This document shows, piece by piece, positions 13,011 to 26,080 of a stretch of DNA of 64,000 nt. Each line of letters opens with the position of its first letter. Position 1 is the stretch's first letter. Source of the DNA: Callorhinchus milii. Lineage: Eukaryota. The position numbers and the translations under genes were made by a program. The DNA is taken from assembly GCF_018977255.1 (NCBI RefSeq), contig NW_024704743.1, positions 27,468,001 through 27,532,000 of the forward strand, written 5' to 3'. The notes under the pieces are model-generated. The model made no database searches. It was not told the origin of the DNA and saw only the letters and a list, made by a program, of their open reading frames with translations.

Positions 13011-15869
13011 TTTTTCATACTCTAGCACCTTATTAACTGGGTGATCTTCTCCGACTCCCACTTTTCTGCTTGCCCCTTCCACTGTAACTCAAACCTCCTT
13101 AGTCCCTCTTATATCATGATGAGCGGTGTCTGACAACATCACTTTGAAGTGCTCTGAGATGTTATCCATGAAGGGCACTGCATAAATGCAAGCTGTTGTT
13201 GTGATTTCACATACCCACGCTTTCTATCTATGAATATATCTGAATTTACCAATGAATGGTGTAACAGGTAAGAACTGAAATGTTCCCTGACAGTGGTGCA
13301 TAATTACATCTCGTTGATATACTATCCAAAAAGAGTCTAACTGAGGCTCTGACTGAAATACAGTCTCCTGTAATGACATTTAGGAAATGTAACACTCAGT
13401 GCAAATGATGAAAGCACATCTTAGTAACTATTTATGATATTTTCTAATGCTCAGGGCTCTGCAAACTAAATAGACTATAGTATAAATTGTGCGAAAGTAT
13501 GTTGCTATTTATGAAATACTTTTGACACATTTGCAAATTCCAAAACCCTAGAGTTCTAGACATAGGCCTAAATATTATTTGAGTTGTGATTTTTCTAATA
13601 CTCAACAACGGGGAAATAATTCCTGTTTCTCAATGATTCTTTTTACAACAAAATAGTCTTTAGATTTTCAAGTTTGCAGGTGGAATACTTTGCTGCGAAA
13701 GGGCTTCTCTTGTAGTGCCAATCTCTGTGATGTACTTGTTGTGTTCTCAACAGGGATTTTGTTGAATGACAAAGATGGCTTCTGATCAGTCTATAAAAGG
13801 ATAAACTCTACGGAAATCAGTGCCAGACAGTGAACATGCTCCGAGAGGATTCCCCTGCCTAAATGTCAACAGAGTGTGCCTGTTTCTATTCCATTTAAAT
13901 GGCTTTCTTTCTTGGCTGAAGAGCTCCTCAACTAGGAATCACTTCCTGTGAAATGGAAGGGTAGGGGGTAGAGACATTTCGAAAATTGATTTGCAGTATC
14001 TAGAGAGGAAGTGAAGTGAGACAAAATGTTGGCACTCCAGCATGCTGTGCCATGGATCAGAAATACATACGGATCAGTATGTCCTAGTCATAGGATGCTA
14101 GACCTTGGGAATCTTAATTTATGTTATTGAGGGATGGTACTAAGACTAGTGGTCAAGTGCTTCAACATATTACGAATTGGAAACTGAAGATTTGGTCATG
14201 CTGGGTTACTCCTACTTGCTCCATGTTGGATGCTATTTAAAGATTGATGGACACCTGTAAGCTGGCTTCAGAAAAATATATCGTAATTTACTTCCGGTGG
14301 TGACCTGGACCACCACAGAGAGCTGACTCGATTCTGCCATTCCATTGCAAAACATGTCACCTTGGAGCCAGTTCAGCTCTAGTTTCCTCTCCAGCAAGGA
14401 GATAGTCACTTGACATCTGACAAGCTGGAACTGAGCCCTCATTTGTGGATGGCAGGTACAGAAGCTCCCTTATGTGCTCTATGGTAGGCAACACAACTCA
14501 GCATGAAATGTGTGAGAGCATTTCTGCCATTTTACTTCCCCCCTCTGGATGACTAATTTGGGCTGGCTGTGGGGGAGCGTGCCCTACCTATATCATGATC
14601 AGAACTCCCTCCCTCTACTCCTCCAACTCCTACCCTCTGTCGGTCTTCAAGTGTTGCCTTAACATCTATGCCTGTGTTCACCTCCCTTCCGCCTGCTTGG
14701 CACCCATCCCCATCACTGTAAAAGGCTCTGAGATGTTTTCCATGAAAGATGCTATATAAATGCAAGAGGTAATACACTGGTGAAGTAATTGGAGTGTTTA
14801 TCAATCCATGACTTTTTACACATATTACTAAGAAATTAGGCAAAATAACAATCTAAGATGATTTTTAAATCATTCTGGAAATGGTTCAATCAGCACAATT
14901 TCTCTTTCATTTGTTTTCATTTAATAAATTAAATTTCATTTAATAAAATTCTGCTTCAAGATAAAACATTTTGTTTGAAGGTTCCATCATTTGAATTACA
15001 ATACCCTGCAAATGTTGTTTCTATATTTTTCCTCATACATTTCAAGCTTTTTTGAACTGAAACAATGGATGGATGTTCTTAAATGGATGCAGTCCTAGCT
15101 GGGTATTGGAATAAATATTCATAATGAAGAAAACTGAATGTCACTCCCGGAAGTTTGCAATTGAAGGGTCATGAATTTGCATTTATTACTTCATTAGCTT
15201 TAATGGATGATCATTGAATTCATACATTTTTCATAGGCTTTTAAAAACAGTTCTTAATTATTTTGCTGCACTTGCTCAAGACGGTTCACGGATGCTTACT
15301 AAGTTTTATAGCATTTAAGAACTTTCCTTGTACATAAATTTTGCCAAAGTGGTGCTTTAGTCATGGGATGTCCACAAAACTCAAAGGGGGTTTCTGTTGT
15401 GAATGGCAAATAGGAGAATTGTGAACTTTGATAGATTTTCCTCAAGAATTTGCTGCTAGCACTCATACATTCTTCATAGTCCATTTAAGTGGAGATTTTA
15501 TGACCTTCATAAATGTTATACATATATGTAGCCTCATACGTGGCAAGGATTTCAGGAAAACTTACAACAGAAAGTTATTTGGCTCATCTTTCTTTCTCTA
15601 GATCAGTGGATCAATTTCAAGGTCCTCACCCTCATAAATCAATCCTAATGATGTTAGCACCTCTCTATCTCTCTCATCTCGTCCTACTCCATTACTCTGC
15701 TCACCCTTTTTCGAGTAATGCAACCCATTGATCCCACTTCATTTCTCAAATAATCTTCCTGGCTTTGTGCTGGGCTTGGTTGTAAGGTGCCTTTGCTGCA
15801 GTTTTAGCTTGCTCCGTGGTTGGAATTTCTAGGACTCCAAACAAAATGTTTGTATGGGCCTTCACCAGA

Positions 15870-16200
15870 CTCTTGTATCTGGGTCAGAGAGTTGTATGTT
15901 TTAGCCCTAGGTTTTGAGCACATCATCTTGAATGACACTCCAGTCAACTGTTGGGGAGCACTGCATTGTCTGAGATACCATTCTTTGGAAGAAACATTAA
16001 ACTGAAGACTCATCTGTTGGTTCAGGTGGACATTGAACATCCCGTGCCATGAATCAAAAAGAGAAGAGAGATTTCAGTGTTTCTCCTGGTGTCTTGGCCA
16101 ACAATCCTCCAGACAAAATTGGTCATACACTGTTTGGCTGTTGTGGGCCATTTCAATGTGCAAATTGGTTTCCGTTTTTTCCTACAAATACAATCACAGG
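15870..16200 (+). mobile_element. Old Deu-domain SINE
   Basis: gggagcactgcattgtc...ttcaggtggacattgaacatccc...ctcctggtgtcttggccaaca. Confidence 0.7.
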
Positions 16201-17069
16201 AATTATTTGTAAAGTATACTTTCAGAGAGAGTTTCTAATCACTTTGCTTATATGTTTCAGAACTTTCTTTTGAAACCCCTCTGCCTCGATCCTTCCCTTT
16301 GTTTTCAAACCCCACCTAAAAGTTTTAAAACTTGTCCACCCCTGCTGCCACTCCATCTTTTTAAAGTACTTTGAGACATTCTTCCTACCTTATATTCTCC
16401 CTATTCTATGCTTTTAACATTTGGAACTCTCTCCCCCATCCCTTCATCCCTTCTCTATCTGTCTTCACGTCCAACCTCCGAGCTACCTGTGCGACTGTGC
16501 CAAAGGTCAGCTCCTTCCCACTCTCCTCTCATTCCCAGGTAGGCATTCACCCCTCATTGGAAATCATTCCAAGTCATCATTCTATGTAAATGCCTCATAT
16601 ACATGCAATTTATTCTTGTTGCATGTTGCTACATAAGTGCAAATTGTTATTGTATAAAGTAGGAAGGCTCCTTTCAGATTTTAAATGAAGCACATTGTTG
16701 GGGGAGAGTAAAGCATTCTCACCCACAAATATTCACTTTGCAGTATATCCTGTGAAGTGCTTTGAGATGTCTAGAAGATGTGAAAAGTGCTATATCAAAT
16801 GCAAGGATCATTATTTTATTATTCTTAACTTGCATCAATCTATGATATATCCATCTGAGAGCAATTCTGATCCTATATAACTTGCCCAAAATGGGAAAGT
16901 CTCTGTCCATTGAGCTGAAGTACTGCAGTTTCAATCTAGTTACTGGCCATATACCTAAGGATGGTGGTCTGGGAAGTGGAATTCACACTGTTGCAGTAAA
17001 GAGTGCTCTTTGGAGGTTCATTCTGAGTTAGAACAGAAAGAGCTTTAAGTTTGTAACTGACTAGCATTT

Positions 17070-17440
17070 AGAAACATAGAAACAAGAGTAGGTAATTCAG
17101 CCCCTTGAGCCTGTTCCGCCATTCTGCAAGATCATGGATGATCTGTACCTCAACTCCAAATACCCACCCTTGCCCCGTATCCCTTGATACCCTGACCTAA
17201 CAAATATCTATCCACCTCAGTCTTGAAAATATGAATGGATCCAGGAACCACAGCCTTTGAGGGAGAGAGATCCAGATTTCTAATACACTTTGGGTGAAAT
17301 ACTGCCTCCTAATTTAACTCCTAAATATCCTAGCTCTAAATTTAAGATTATGACTGCTTGTTCTTGATTCCCTGTCAGAGGAAACAGTTTCTCTGTGTCT
17401 AACCTATCAAATCCCTTTATTATTTTAAGAACCTCATTCA
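17070..17440 (-). mobile_element. CR1 3' end
   Basis: agaaacatagaaacaagagtagg...attcagccccttgagcctgttccgccatt is the reverse of a shark-type CR1 tail. Confidence 0.7.
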
Positions 17441-17444
17441 AAAC

Positions 17445-18245
17445 AACAACAGCAAAATTACATTTGTATAGCGCCTTTCACATCAGGAGGATGTCCCAAA
17501 GCGCTGGACAGTCGGTGTTTCGGACCCGAGCTGGGGGTTGGGATCAGAGACAGTGGAGGGCTGTGGGGGATGGAGGGTGATCGAAGGCAAGGTCGAATAG
17601 GATGGTCTTGAGGTGGGTCTTTGTGGAGTCCTGGAGCTCAGTGGTTAGAGCACTCGCCTCGCAAGCGAGAGACCTTCCCAGCAGGGTGAAATCTTGTGCA
17701 AGTTTCTTTACTCCACATGCCTGATAATAATCCTTCAAGAAAAAAAACAATAATAATTTGGTCACTTCAATCCATGACCTTTTGTGGGACACTGCTGTGC
17801 GCAATTGGCTGCCGCGTTTCACCCACAACTATACAGTCAATTCACTTTACAATATGGTCCGTGAAGCGCTTTGAGACGTCTGGAAGACATGAAAAGCGCT
17901 ATATCAAATGCAAGGATTATCATTATTGTTGAAGGAGGCAATGGAGAGGATGAGATGGAGGGACTGCAGGATGGAGATCCAGTGAGTAGGGCAGAGTGGC
18001 TAAAGGCTCACTCGCCAATGTTGGGGAGGGGTGAGGCGGGGGACGCGAAGTAGGCCAGAGCCCGCTAAGTAGTGGAAGTGGGCAGGTTGCTACGAGTCTA
18101 GGAGGTCGCAGAGGTAGGGGTGAGCAAAGCCATGGAGGGCTTTGAAGGTGAGGACCAGAAATCTTGAACTGTATCCTCTGTGAGATGGGAAGCCAGTGGA
18201 GTCAGGCAAGGATGGGTGTGATAGGATCGCGGAGCCTGGTGCTGA
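17445..18245 (-). mobile_element. L2 3' fragment interrupted by a SINE
   Basis: Tail at 17445-17505; LVLTFKALHG motif; collinear with the L2 at 3963-4617. Confidence 0.85.
17624..17930 (+). mobile_element. tRNA-derived SINE inserted in L2
   Basis: Head ggagtcctggagctcagtggttagagc (B box deleted), family body and tail. Confidence 0.88.
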
Positions 18246-18624
18246 ACCAGTATGGAGTAAAGCTGAACGCAGTACGGAGTAAAGCTGAATGCAGTACTCC
18301 CGATAGGGTCTGAGCAAGGTTTTAATACAGTTAAAGCATCATTTCCTCTCCTTTATATGCTAACCACTTGAGATAAAGGCCATCATCCCATTAGCCTTTT
18401 TGATAACTTTCTCACCTGTGAGCTTGTTTTCAGTGATTTGTTTATGTGGACACCCAAATCCCTTTGCTCTTCCACAGTTCTTAGTTTCTCACCATTTGGA
18501 AAATATTCTGTTTTGCTATTTTTTGATCTATAGCAGATGACCTCACACTTCCACACATTGAATTTTATCTGTCGCAGTCTTCCTCTTAATCATTTTTAAT
18601 CACTTAATCTGGCTAAATCCCTTT

Positions 18625-20087
18625 GATATCACCAATGATATCCTGACCATCTGTAACCAGGGCTCCCTCTGCCTCCTCGTCCTCCTCGACCTATCGGCAG
18701 CATTCGATACGGTCGACCACGCTATCCTACTCCACCGCTTGTCCTCCCACCTCAACCTTCAAGGCACTGTCCTTGAGTGGTTTAGGTCATACCTTTCTCA
18801 CCGTCTTCACTTTGTCTCCACAAATGGCTTCTCCTCCACCCCCCGTACTGTCTCATGTGGTGTCCCTCAGGGCTCTGTCCTCGGTCCCCTCCTCTTCACC
18901 CTCTACATGCTCCCCCTTGGTGACATCATCCGCAGACATGGAGTTAACTTCCACATGTATGCGGATGACACCCAACTCTACCTTTCCTCCTCTACTCTCA
19001 ACTCCACGACCACCGATGTCCTGACAGCCTGCCTGTCCGACATCGAGTCCTGGATGAGAGACAACTTTCTTCAGCTCAACGTGCGAAAAACAGAGGCCCT
19101 CCTGATTGGCTCGCGTCAGCGCCTCCGCACCTCAGGCGCCGACACCATCAGCATCCAAGGCTGCACTCTCCACCTCTCAAAGCCAGTCAGGAACCTCGGC
19201 GTTTTGTTCGACCCTGAGCTGTCCCTTCTCCCTCACATCCGCACCACAACTGGCACCGCCTTCCATCACCTCCGGAACATTGCCAGACTACGGCACTACC
19301 TCACCCCTCACGCTGCTGAAACCCTGGTTCACGCCTTTGTCACCTCAAGGCTGGACTATGGGAACTCTCTCCTCGCCGGCCTTCCCGCCACCTCCCTCCA
19401 CAAGCTGCAGGTCATTCAGAACTCTGCAGCTCGTGTACTGTCCCGCACCAGGCTTCGCGACCACATCACTCCCACCCTCGCTCGCCTCCACTGGCTCCCC
19501 ATCCCCCAGAGGATTGATTTCAAGATCCTCATCCTCACCTATAAGGCCATCCACGGCCTTGCTCCCTCCTACCTCTCCAACCTACTATCCCCCTACCTAC
19601 CTGCCCATACCCTCCGTTCCTCCGGCTCCGGTCTGCTCCACGTCCCCCGCCCCAACCGCCCTACCATCGGTGGTCGGGCCTTCAGCCTCTCAGCCCCCAG
19701 GCTCTGGAACTCCATCCCCCAGTGCCTTCGCCGCCTCCTCCTTCAAGGCCGGTCTCAAAACCTTTCTCTTTGACCGAGCCTTCAGCTCCCCTCTCGACTC
19801 TCTTCCCCCTCCTCGCTCCCTCCCTTCCCTCCCCTCACTCTGATCATTTCCCCCCTCCTCGCTCCCTCCCTTCCCTCCCCTCACCCTGACCATTTCCCCC
19901 CTCCTCGATCCCTCCCTTCCCTCCCCTCACCCTGACCATTTCCCCCCTCCTCGCTCCCTCCCTTCCCTCCCCTCACCCTGACCATTTCCCCCCTGCTCGG
20001 GTCCTGACCCAACTGTGCAGCGCCTTGGGACGTCCTCCTGACATGAAAGGCGCTTTATAAATGGAATCTTGTTGTTGTTGTTGTTGT
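18625..20087 (+). mobile_element. Young 5'-truncated L2 LINE (RT C-terminal region, 3'UTR, (TTG)n tail)
   Basis: Open frame from 18625 with [52 protein letters not shown] and FKILIL motifs; frameshift near 19730 then [10 protein letters not shown]; tail gggacgtcctcctgacatgaaaggcgctttataaatggaatc(ttg)n. Many CpGs retained. Confidence 0.95.
19805..19993 (+). repeat. 46-bp C-rich tandem repeat (4 units) in the L2 3'UTR
   Basis: Unit ccccctcctcgctccctcccttccctcccctcaccctgaccatttc; the tga(c/t)cattt marker recurs at 19841, 19887, 19933 and 19979. Confidence 0.95.
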
Positions 20088-20708
20088 AACTGCCTGCTCC
20101 TACCTACATGATATTGTGTCTCCCAACTTTGTGTCATCTGCAAATTTTGATGCTTGAATTTAGGGCTCCAAAAATAATAAAGGTACCTTTCCCAAGTAAA
20201 GCATCCTTCATCCTGATAATTTCAAGTGCTTCTTCAAGCACTTCGGGATGCTACGTCGGGTGAAAGGCGCTATATAAATGCAACTTGTTGCTGTTGTTGT
20301 TCATAAACAACTGTGGAATTTGTGCTAATTCATAACAGTGTCAATATGGTAATTATCAATGATTGTCACAAAATTGTGTTATGAAATTTCACCTCCATAG
20401 TTACAAACCAAGAGAAAAAAGCTACAAATTCCCGCCTACATACCATTGACTCATGATAGTTGTGTATGTCACAGTTGGTTCATATTTGGGAGAAATAAAT
20501 ACATTTCAGATACACGACTAAGTATAAGTCAAACAATGTGGGAGGGATTAACACATAAATCAACAGTGCATGTTTGGAGCATATAAAATGTAGAAACGTC
20601 AACTTGATATAATTCAGTCTTATCTACCACTAATTTAGATGTTACTATAATTTTGTTGTGCCAAATGTACTATATAACAGGGTTACATTTAATGTGGAAA
20701 CAGGGGCT

Positions 20709-21021
20709 TATAATAATAATATAATAATAATAATCCTTGCATTTGATATAGCGCTTTTGACGTCTCAAAGCGCTTTGCAGAATATACTGTAAAGTGAATT
20801 GACTGTATATTTGTGAGCGAAATGTGGCAGCCAATTGCACACAGCAGTGCCCCACAACAGTTGTGGATTCAAGTGACCAATTTATTACTTTTTTTTCTTG
20901 AGGGATTATTATCAGGCATGTGGAATAAGAAAACTTGCTTAAGGTTTCGCCCTGTCAGGATTCAAACCCAAGTCTCTTGCTTGCGAGGCGAGTTCTCTAA
21001 CCACTGAGCTACAGGAATCCA
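20709..21021 (-). mobile_element. Full-length tRNA-derived SINE
   Basis: Head ...ttcaaacccaagtctcttgcttgcgaggcgagttctctaaccactgagctacagga; family tail. Confidence 0.9.
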
Positions 21022-22446
21022 CAAAAAGAGTCCTTCTGGTAAACACTCTAATGTAGTATCACAAACACCAATGGAAACTTATTACTATTAGAAGTAATTG
21101 TATGATAGAACATTAACCTAATACATGCTGATTTCAGGTTGATCCTCCTGGTTGTATGACATTGACTTATCACAACCTGAATGAAATGACTGAAAGGTTC
21201 ATCGACAACAACAAGAATAACTTGCATTTATACAGTGCCCTTCACAAGTGTGTTGGAGTTTTTAACAATGGCTGAGTTTGACGCCAAGCCAGGGAAAAAG
21301 GAGAAATCATCCTAGGCACATTTGAAGAAGAAAGTCTTCAGCTGCATTCTGAAGGCAAGGAAAGAGAGGGCAAGGTGGAAGGATTGAAGCAGCGTTTCAG
21401 AGGTTAGATGTATCGTAGTTCCCATCTTAGTGCATTCCCCAAATTATATGACTAATCTAAATTCATTATACTATGTAGTCCATGCAATTTTGACCACTAT
21501 CTGTAAAAGTCACCTGAAAACCTTCTCTTTCACAACCCTTTAATCACCTCCCTTCTCTCCCTCTCTCTTATCCCACTCCCCAGTTTGATATCCAGCACCA
21601 TCTGTCTAAAGCACTTTAAGATGCTAGCCAATGATTAAGGTGCCATATACGTTATAATAATCATAATAATAATCCTTGTATTCAATGTAGCGCCTTTCAC
21701 ATAGGTGGACTTCTCAGAGCACTTCACAGAATTTTACTGTAAACTGCAGCAAATGTATTTGTAGGGCAAACTCGTCAGCCAATTTGCGCTCAGCAACAAA
21801 CAGCCAAGAAGTGGTTAATCAATTGTAAACTCAATACACATTCTTGCTGTTGTTATTTTTTATTGCTTCCTCAGCAACAAAGAACCCATATAAAAAGCTT
21901 TCTCTATAATACACCGTTCAGGTAAAACTATATTATCACTGACTCCATAATAATAAAAAAACTCTTACTATTTAGTTTAATGATAAATCATATGAAACTC
22001 CTAAAGACAGTAAAATAGAGAGGATCTGGTGCAAGATACATAATCAAAATTGTGGTATCATATAAAACTTGGATAGTATAGTACCTGATTTGTTGCTATT
22101 GCTGTACTTGTAATGAACTTAAAGTATATTGAGGAAAATGACAAATGCCCCAAATATTGATATCAGTCACCTCTTAGGGACTCTAAAATCAGGTCTGAAT
22201 TTTTGCAAGTCTCTGATTCGTTATGGAGCTTGAAATACTAATCACGTAGGCAGACTGCTGGGAGCAAAGTGATGTAAACACAGCACTAAGCTAAAATGAA
22301 TGACTGTCACTCTTAATGAGTCAGAATTGAAATATCTCCGTATCACCACAAGTCCAACACTGCCTCCTTTGCAGCATATCAACTCTGGAATCTTCTTTGA
22401 GCACCGGAGTCAACATGAACCCTATATGTCCACAATAAGAAGGGCG

Positions 22447-22693
22447 GGCGTAACCTTGGGCAAGTTTCCTTACTCCACACGCCTAATAATAATCCCTCCA
22501 AAACAAAACAATAATAAATTGGTCATTTTCAATCCACTGCTGTTTGTGGTACACTGCTGTGTGCAACTGGCTGCCGCATTTCGCCCATAAATATACAGTC
22601 AATTTACTTTACAGTCTATTCTGTGAAGAGCTTTGAGACGTCGAGAAGACGTGAAAAGCACTCTATCAAATGCAAGGATTATTATTATTATTA
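22447..22693 (+). mobile_element. 5'-truncated tRNA-derived SINE
   Basis: aaccttgggcaagtttccttactccacac...aaatgcaagga(tta)n. Confidence 0.88.
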
Positions 22694-25600
22694 ATCAATT
22701 AGTACTAGTACAATGTTGCATTGTGACATGGGACACATTTGGTCTTTTAACGTGAATATCATTATATTAGGACAAACTCAATCTAAATAATTTCTCTCAG
22801 TGTTCTGACCAACAATCTTCTAGATTTTACCCGAAGATCTTCCTCTTCGATTGTGCCAATGGTTACTTCGCTGCTCTTCCTGGCTCGGCATCAAGCTTTT
22901 GTTAAGTGCTCTGAGACACTAACCCATGTGAAGGGGTTTAAATGCAAGTTGTTGTTATTGTTGTAGACACACTTAGCCATTGAACACATTGATGTTCATG
23001 GGTTGTTTCTGTACACAAAATAATTGCTATGTTTACCTAAAAAAAACAGCCACTTCATTTCACAACAATTACTCTAAAGAACTTTGAGATTTCTTGATGT
23101 CATAAGGTGTGAAAAAAATACAGGTCCTTTATTTTATTTAAATTGAAAAACAATTTTACACAGTTCTATGTGGAAAAAACTGACAGTGGTTTTGAGCTTA
23201 AGAACATGAGTATTTATGGGCCCTTGACAGCATCCACCATTCTGAGGATTGTGCATTGGGGTCACAAACATCACAGCACCATGCTGATCTCTAATTGCCA
23301 GGTTTAGTGATGCTGAAATTGCTGTAAAATTGTCAAAGCGTGTAGCTGGTCTGTGGAAGTAACGGAAAGCACCAAAAGTGTATCCTGGAACTTAGTTAAA
23401 TAATCGACTGTCAATTTTATTGCTTCATGGCACCTATAATAATGATAATTCTTGGATTTGATATAGTGCCTTATCATTTCAATGACACATGTCAAAGCGC
23501 TTTACAGGATATGCTACAAATTGGATTGACTGTGTATTTTGTGGGCGAATCATGATACACCTAGTTAGAAAATGAATTAGCAATTCCCGCCTTGGTGCAA
23601 TTTCACTCCCAAATACTGTACTTACAACAACAACTTGCATCTATGTAGCACTCTTCACAAGGGGTGGCATTTCAGAGTACATAGCAATGGCACAGTTTCA
23701 CACTGAGCCAGCCAAGCAGAAAGGGGAAGTGACCATATACACTGTCACAGAGAAAGTTGACATCTCTTCACTACTCTTTCCAGCTTCTTTGTCACCGTTC
23801 TTTTCACCTCTTACACATTTCTCTGTGCCTTGTAAGATTTTTGTTCAATCTGATTGTGCCAGTTGTTTTCAATCTTTTTTGTCACTTGACAATAAAAATC
23901 GTCAAATTCCACCTGATCTTGGTCTGGAAGACTATGTTGTCTTAACATTTAAGATTACACAGAGTTGTGGATAATTCTTTATACAGTCTTATTTTGGAAG
24001 CCATAATATGTAGTTTCATAGATATGATTCACTTAAACAGCATTAGAATGAATATATTCATGGATACACATGGAAGTAATTGCTAAGCTTTAAATCCACT
24101 GCTTATTGGCAATTGTGAGTATCAATCACAGTTTCATTCACTTCAATCAAGAAAAGTAAGCAGTGTGATGGGATATTAGTTTTGCACTGCCATAATGCCC
24201 TGACATTTGTCACATATGTAGCTTTTGGTGTCACGTGCAGGCATATATTGTGGTCAAACAAGCCATTTTGTAGACAGCTCTATGTAAATGCTACTCAAGA
24301 AATATTGAATCTAATGTAAGGGAAAGATGGAAATACAGCACTGTTCAATTGAATCAAGTCAATCCAAGCTCTGCACTGATTCCCACCTGTAAATGGGACA
24401 GTTGACTGAAAAGTTCTCTCATGAAGGACAAGTTTGAAAAGAAACATAAGAGATGTGGAGATGTAATTGGAGGTGGCAGACAGGAAATGGAAATGTGTGA
24501 AGAAGAAAAGCTGAGAGACGTTTTGTTCTATTGTTTCTGTAGTGGTTGAAATATGTTTCCCGCAGTTCCCTTTCAGAATGCATGCTAATATACCTTTAGA
24601 ATGTGTGCAATAAAATTGGGTCAGGACCTCAATGTAATTTGCATTGAAAAAAGAAGGGGTATTGAGCTTACTTGTGTCCAGTAAGGAAGTTTAGCTTAAA
24701 GGTTTTGACAAGATAATTTCTTTCTGGCTATGCTTGGCTTCTGCCGTGAACTTACAAGAAAAGGAGCTCAAATCACAATGGAGGAGAGGAAATGTAACAG
24801 AAAGCTGCTTTGACAGCACTTCGCTGAAGTAGTGGAATTAGAGGAATGTGAGTGGATTGACAATGCAGTGAAAAAGTCTGCCTATTGCACAGAAATAATG
24901 AATAGATTCACAAGATTAGATTATGGATTTTCTGAAACAAAAATTCAATGTTTGTACCAAAAAAAGCAAGATGCTATCGATCTAGTTGAAATAAACTAAT
25001 ATTTGAAATAAGATTCATGGTGGAGTGGGTTAGATGGCTGCCTTTCCTCCCCTAGAGTAGAAAGGAGTTTCATCCCACCCAGTGTGATGGGTTACTCTTT
25101 AGTCCAAGGCACTAAATTGGTTCTGAAACCAGTCATGAAAGTGTTCTCTCTCTCTCTCCCTCTATCAATCCTCCTCTTCTCTCCATGAAATTATTAAGTG
25201 CCCTCTGTATTTTAACACGGCTTGTCTGTCATAAGTATAAGCAATTAAAGAATGCTTTTATCTTGTTTTTGTTCTTTTAAGCACTTTTAGAAGCCCTCCT
25301 GACATGAATGGTGCTGGATAGTTGTAAATTGTAATTTTGGAAGGCTATACTTGAAGTCTTAGTTGGGGAAGGGCAGGAGGAGACTCATGTGGAGCATAAA
25401 CACTGGCATAGGCCAGTTGGGCCGAATGGCCTGTTTCTGTGCTGTATATTCTAATGTATTATGATGAATTCTAATGTATTGAGATGGTGTACAGAGGGAT
25501 TGTATGAGCCAGACCAAATTTGCGAGTGATCATTTCGGAGACACTTTAAACTAAGTAACATGCAACCATGAATACGATAAAGCACCTTATAAGGTCAAAA

Positions 25601-25889
25601 CATTTCAAAATGCTTCATACAATGGGTTGAAAAGCGTAGCCCATTAACAAATCAATTAAAAATGCAGCCAGTCAATTTCTTAATTATTGACGGCTTAGTG
25701 TGCATAAGCATCTCCTCCTCTGACTCCATCACAAGGGTTGGGTCCAAGATCAGCTGTAACTCAGATTGAATTACCAGCTTGCAGAATGGAGTGCCAGTTA
25801 CTAGTATACTAGTTTCACTCAACACAATAAATCAGAGAGCCATTTGAACTGTGCTCTATTTTTTTTACCACAGAACAAAACTGGATGGG

Positions 25890-26080
25890 GAAACCTGAAG
25901 TAAAACCAGAAAATGCTTTAAATGTACAGCAGGTGAATGAGCAACTGCAAAAGAGATTAACATTCTGAATTAAGATCACTTATCTGAACACTGAGTTCCG
26001 ATGAAAGGCATTACCGGTAACATTAATCTTCATTTCTCTTTTAAATGCTGATTGAGCTGCTGTACATTTCCAGCATTCAT
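25890..26080. mobile_element. Degenerate Penelope-terminus inverted element
   Basis: aatgctttaaatgtacagcag ... ctgctgtacatttccagcatt inverted arms; decayed ttccgatgaaagg...aacattaa motif resembling 42856-42888. Confidence 0.55.

Larger units (their letters stand above)
18285..20150 (-). mobile_element. Old CR1 LINE RT fragment interrupted by the young L2
   Basis: Minus strand KFADDTK motif at ~20125-20147 and EYCIQ motif at ~18285-18300; CR1 sequence continues across the L2 insertion point (ccctttg|taactg). Confidence 0.75.

Noticed and set aside
19106..19843. 245-aa Ser/Pro-rich ORF as a separate gene
   Set aside because: Alternative frame of the C-rich L2 ORF2; only its last ~35 codons are the true L2 C-terminus after a frameshift.
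19805..19993. CRISPR-like array
   Set aside because: Contiguous tandem units with no unique spacers, inside a LINE 3'UTR in eukaryotic DNA.
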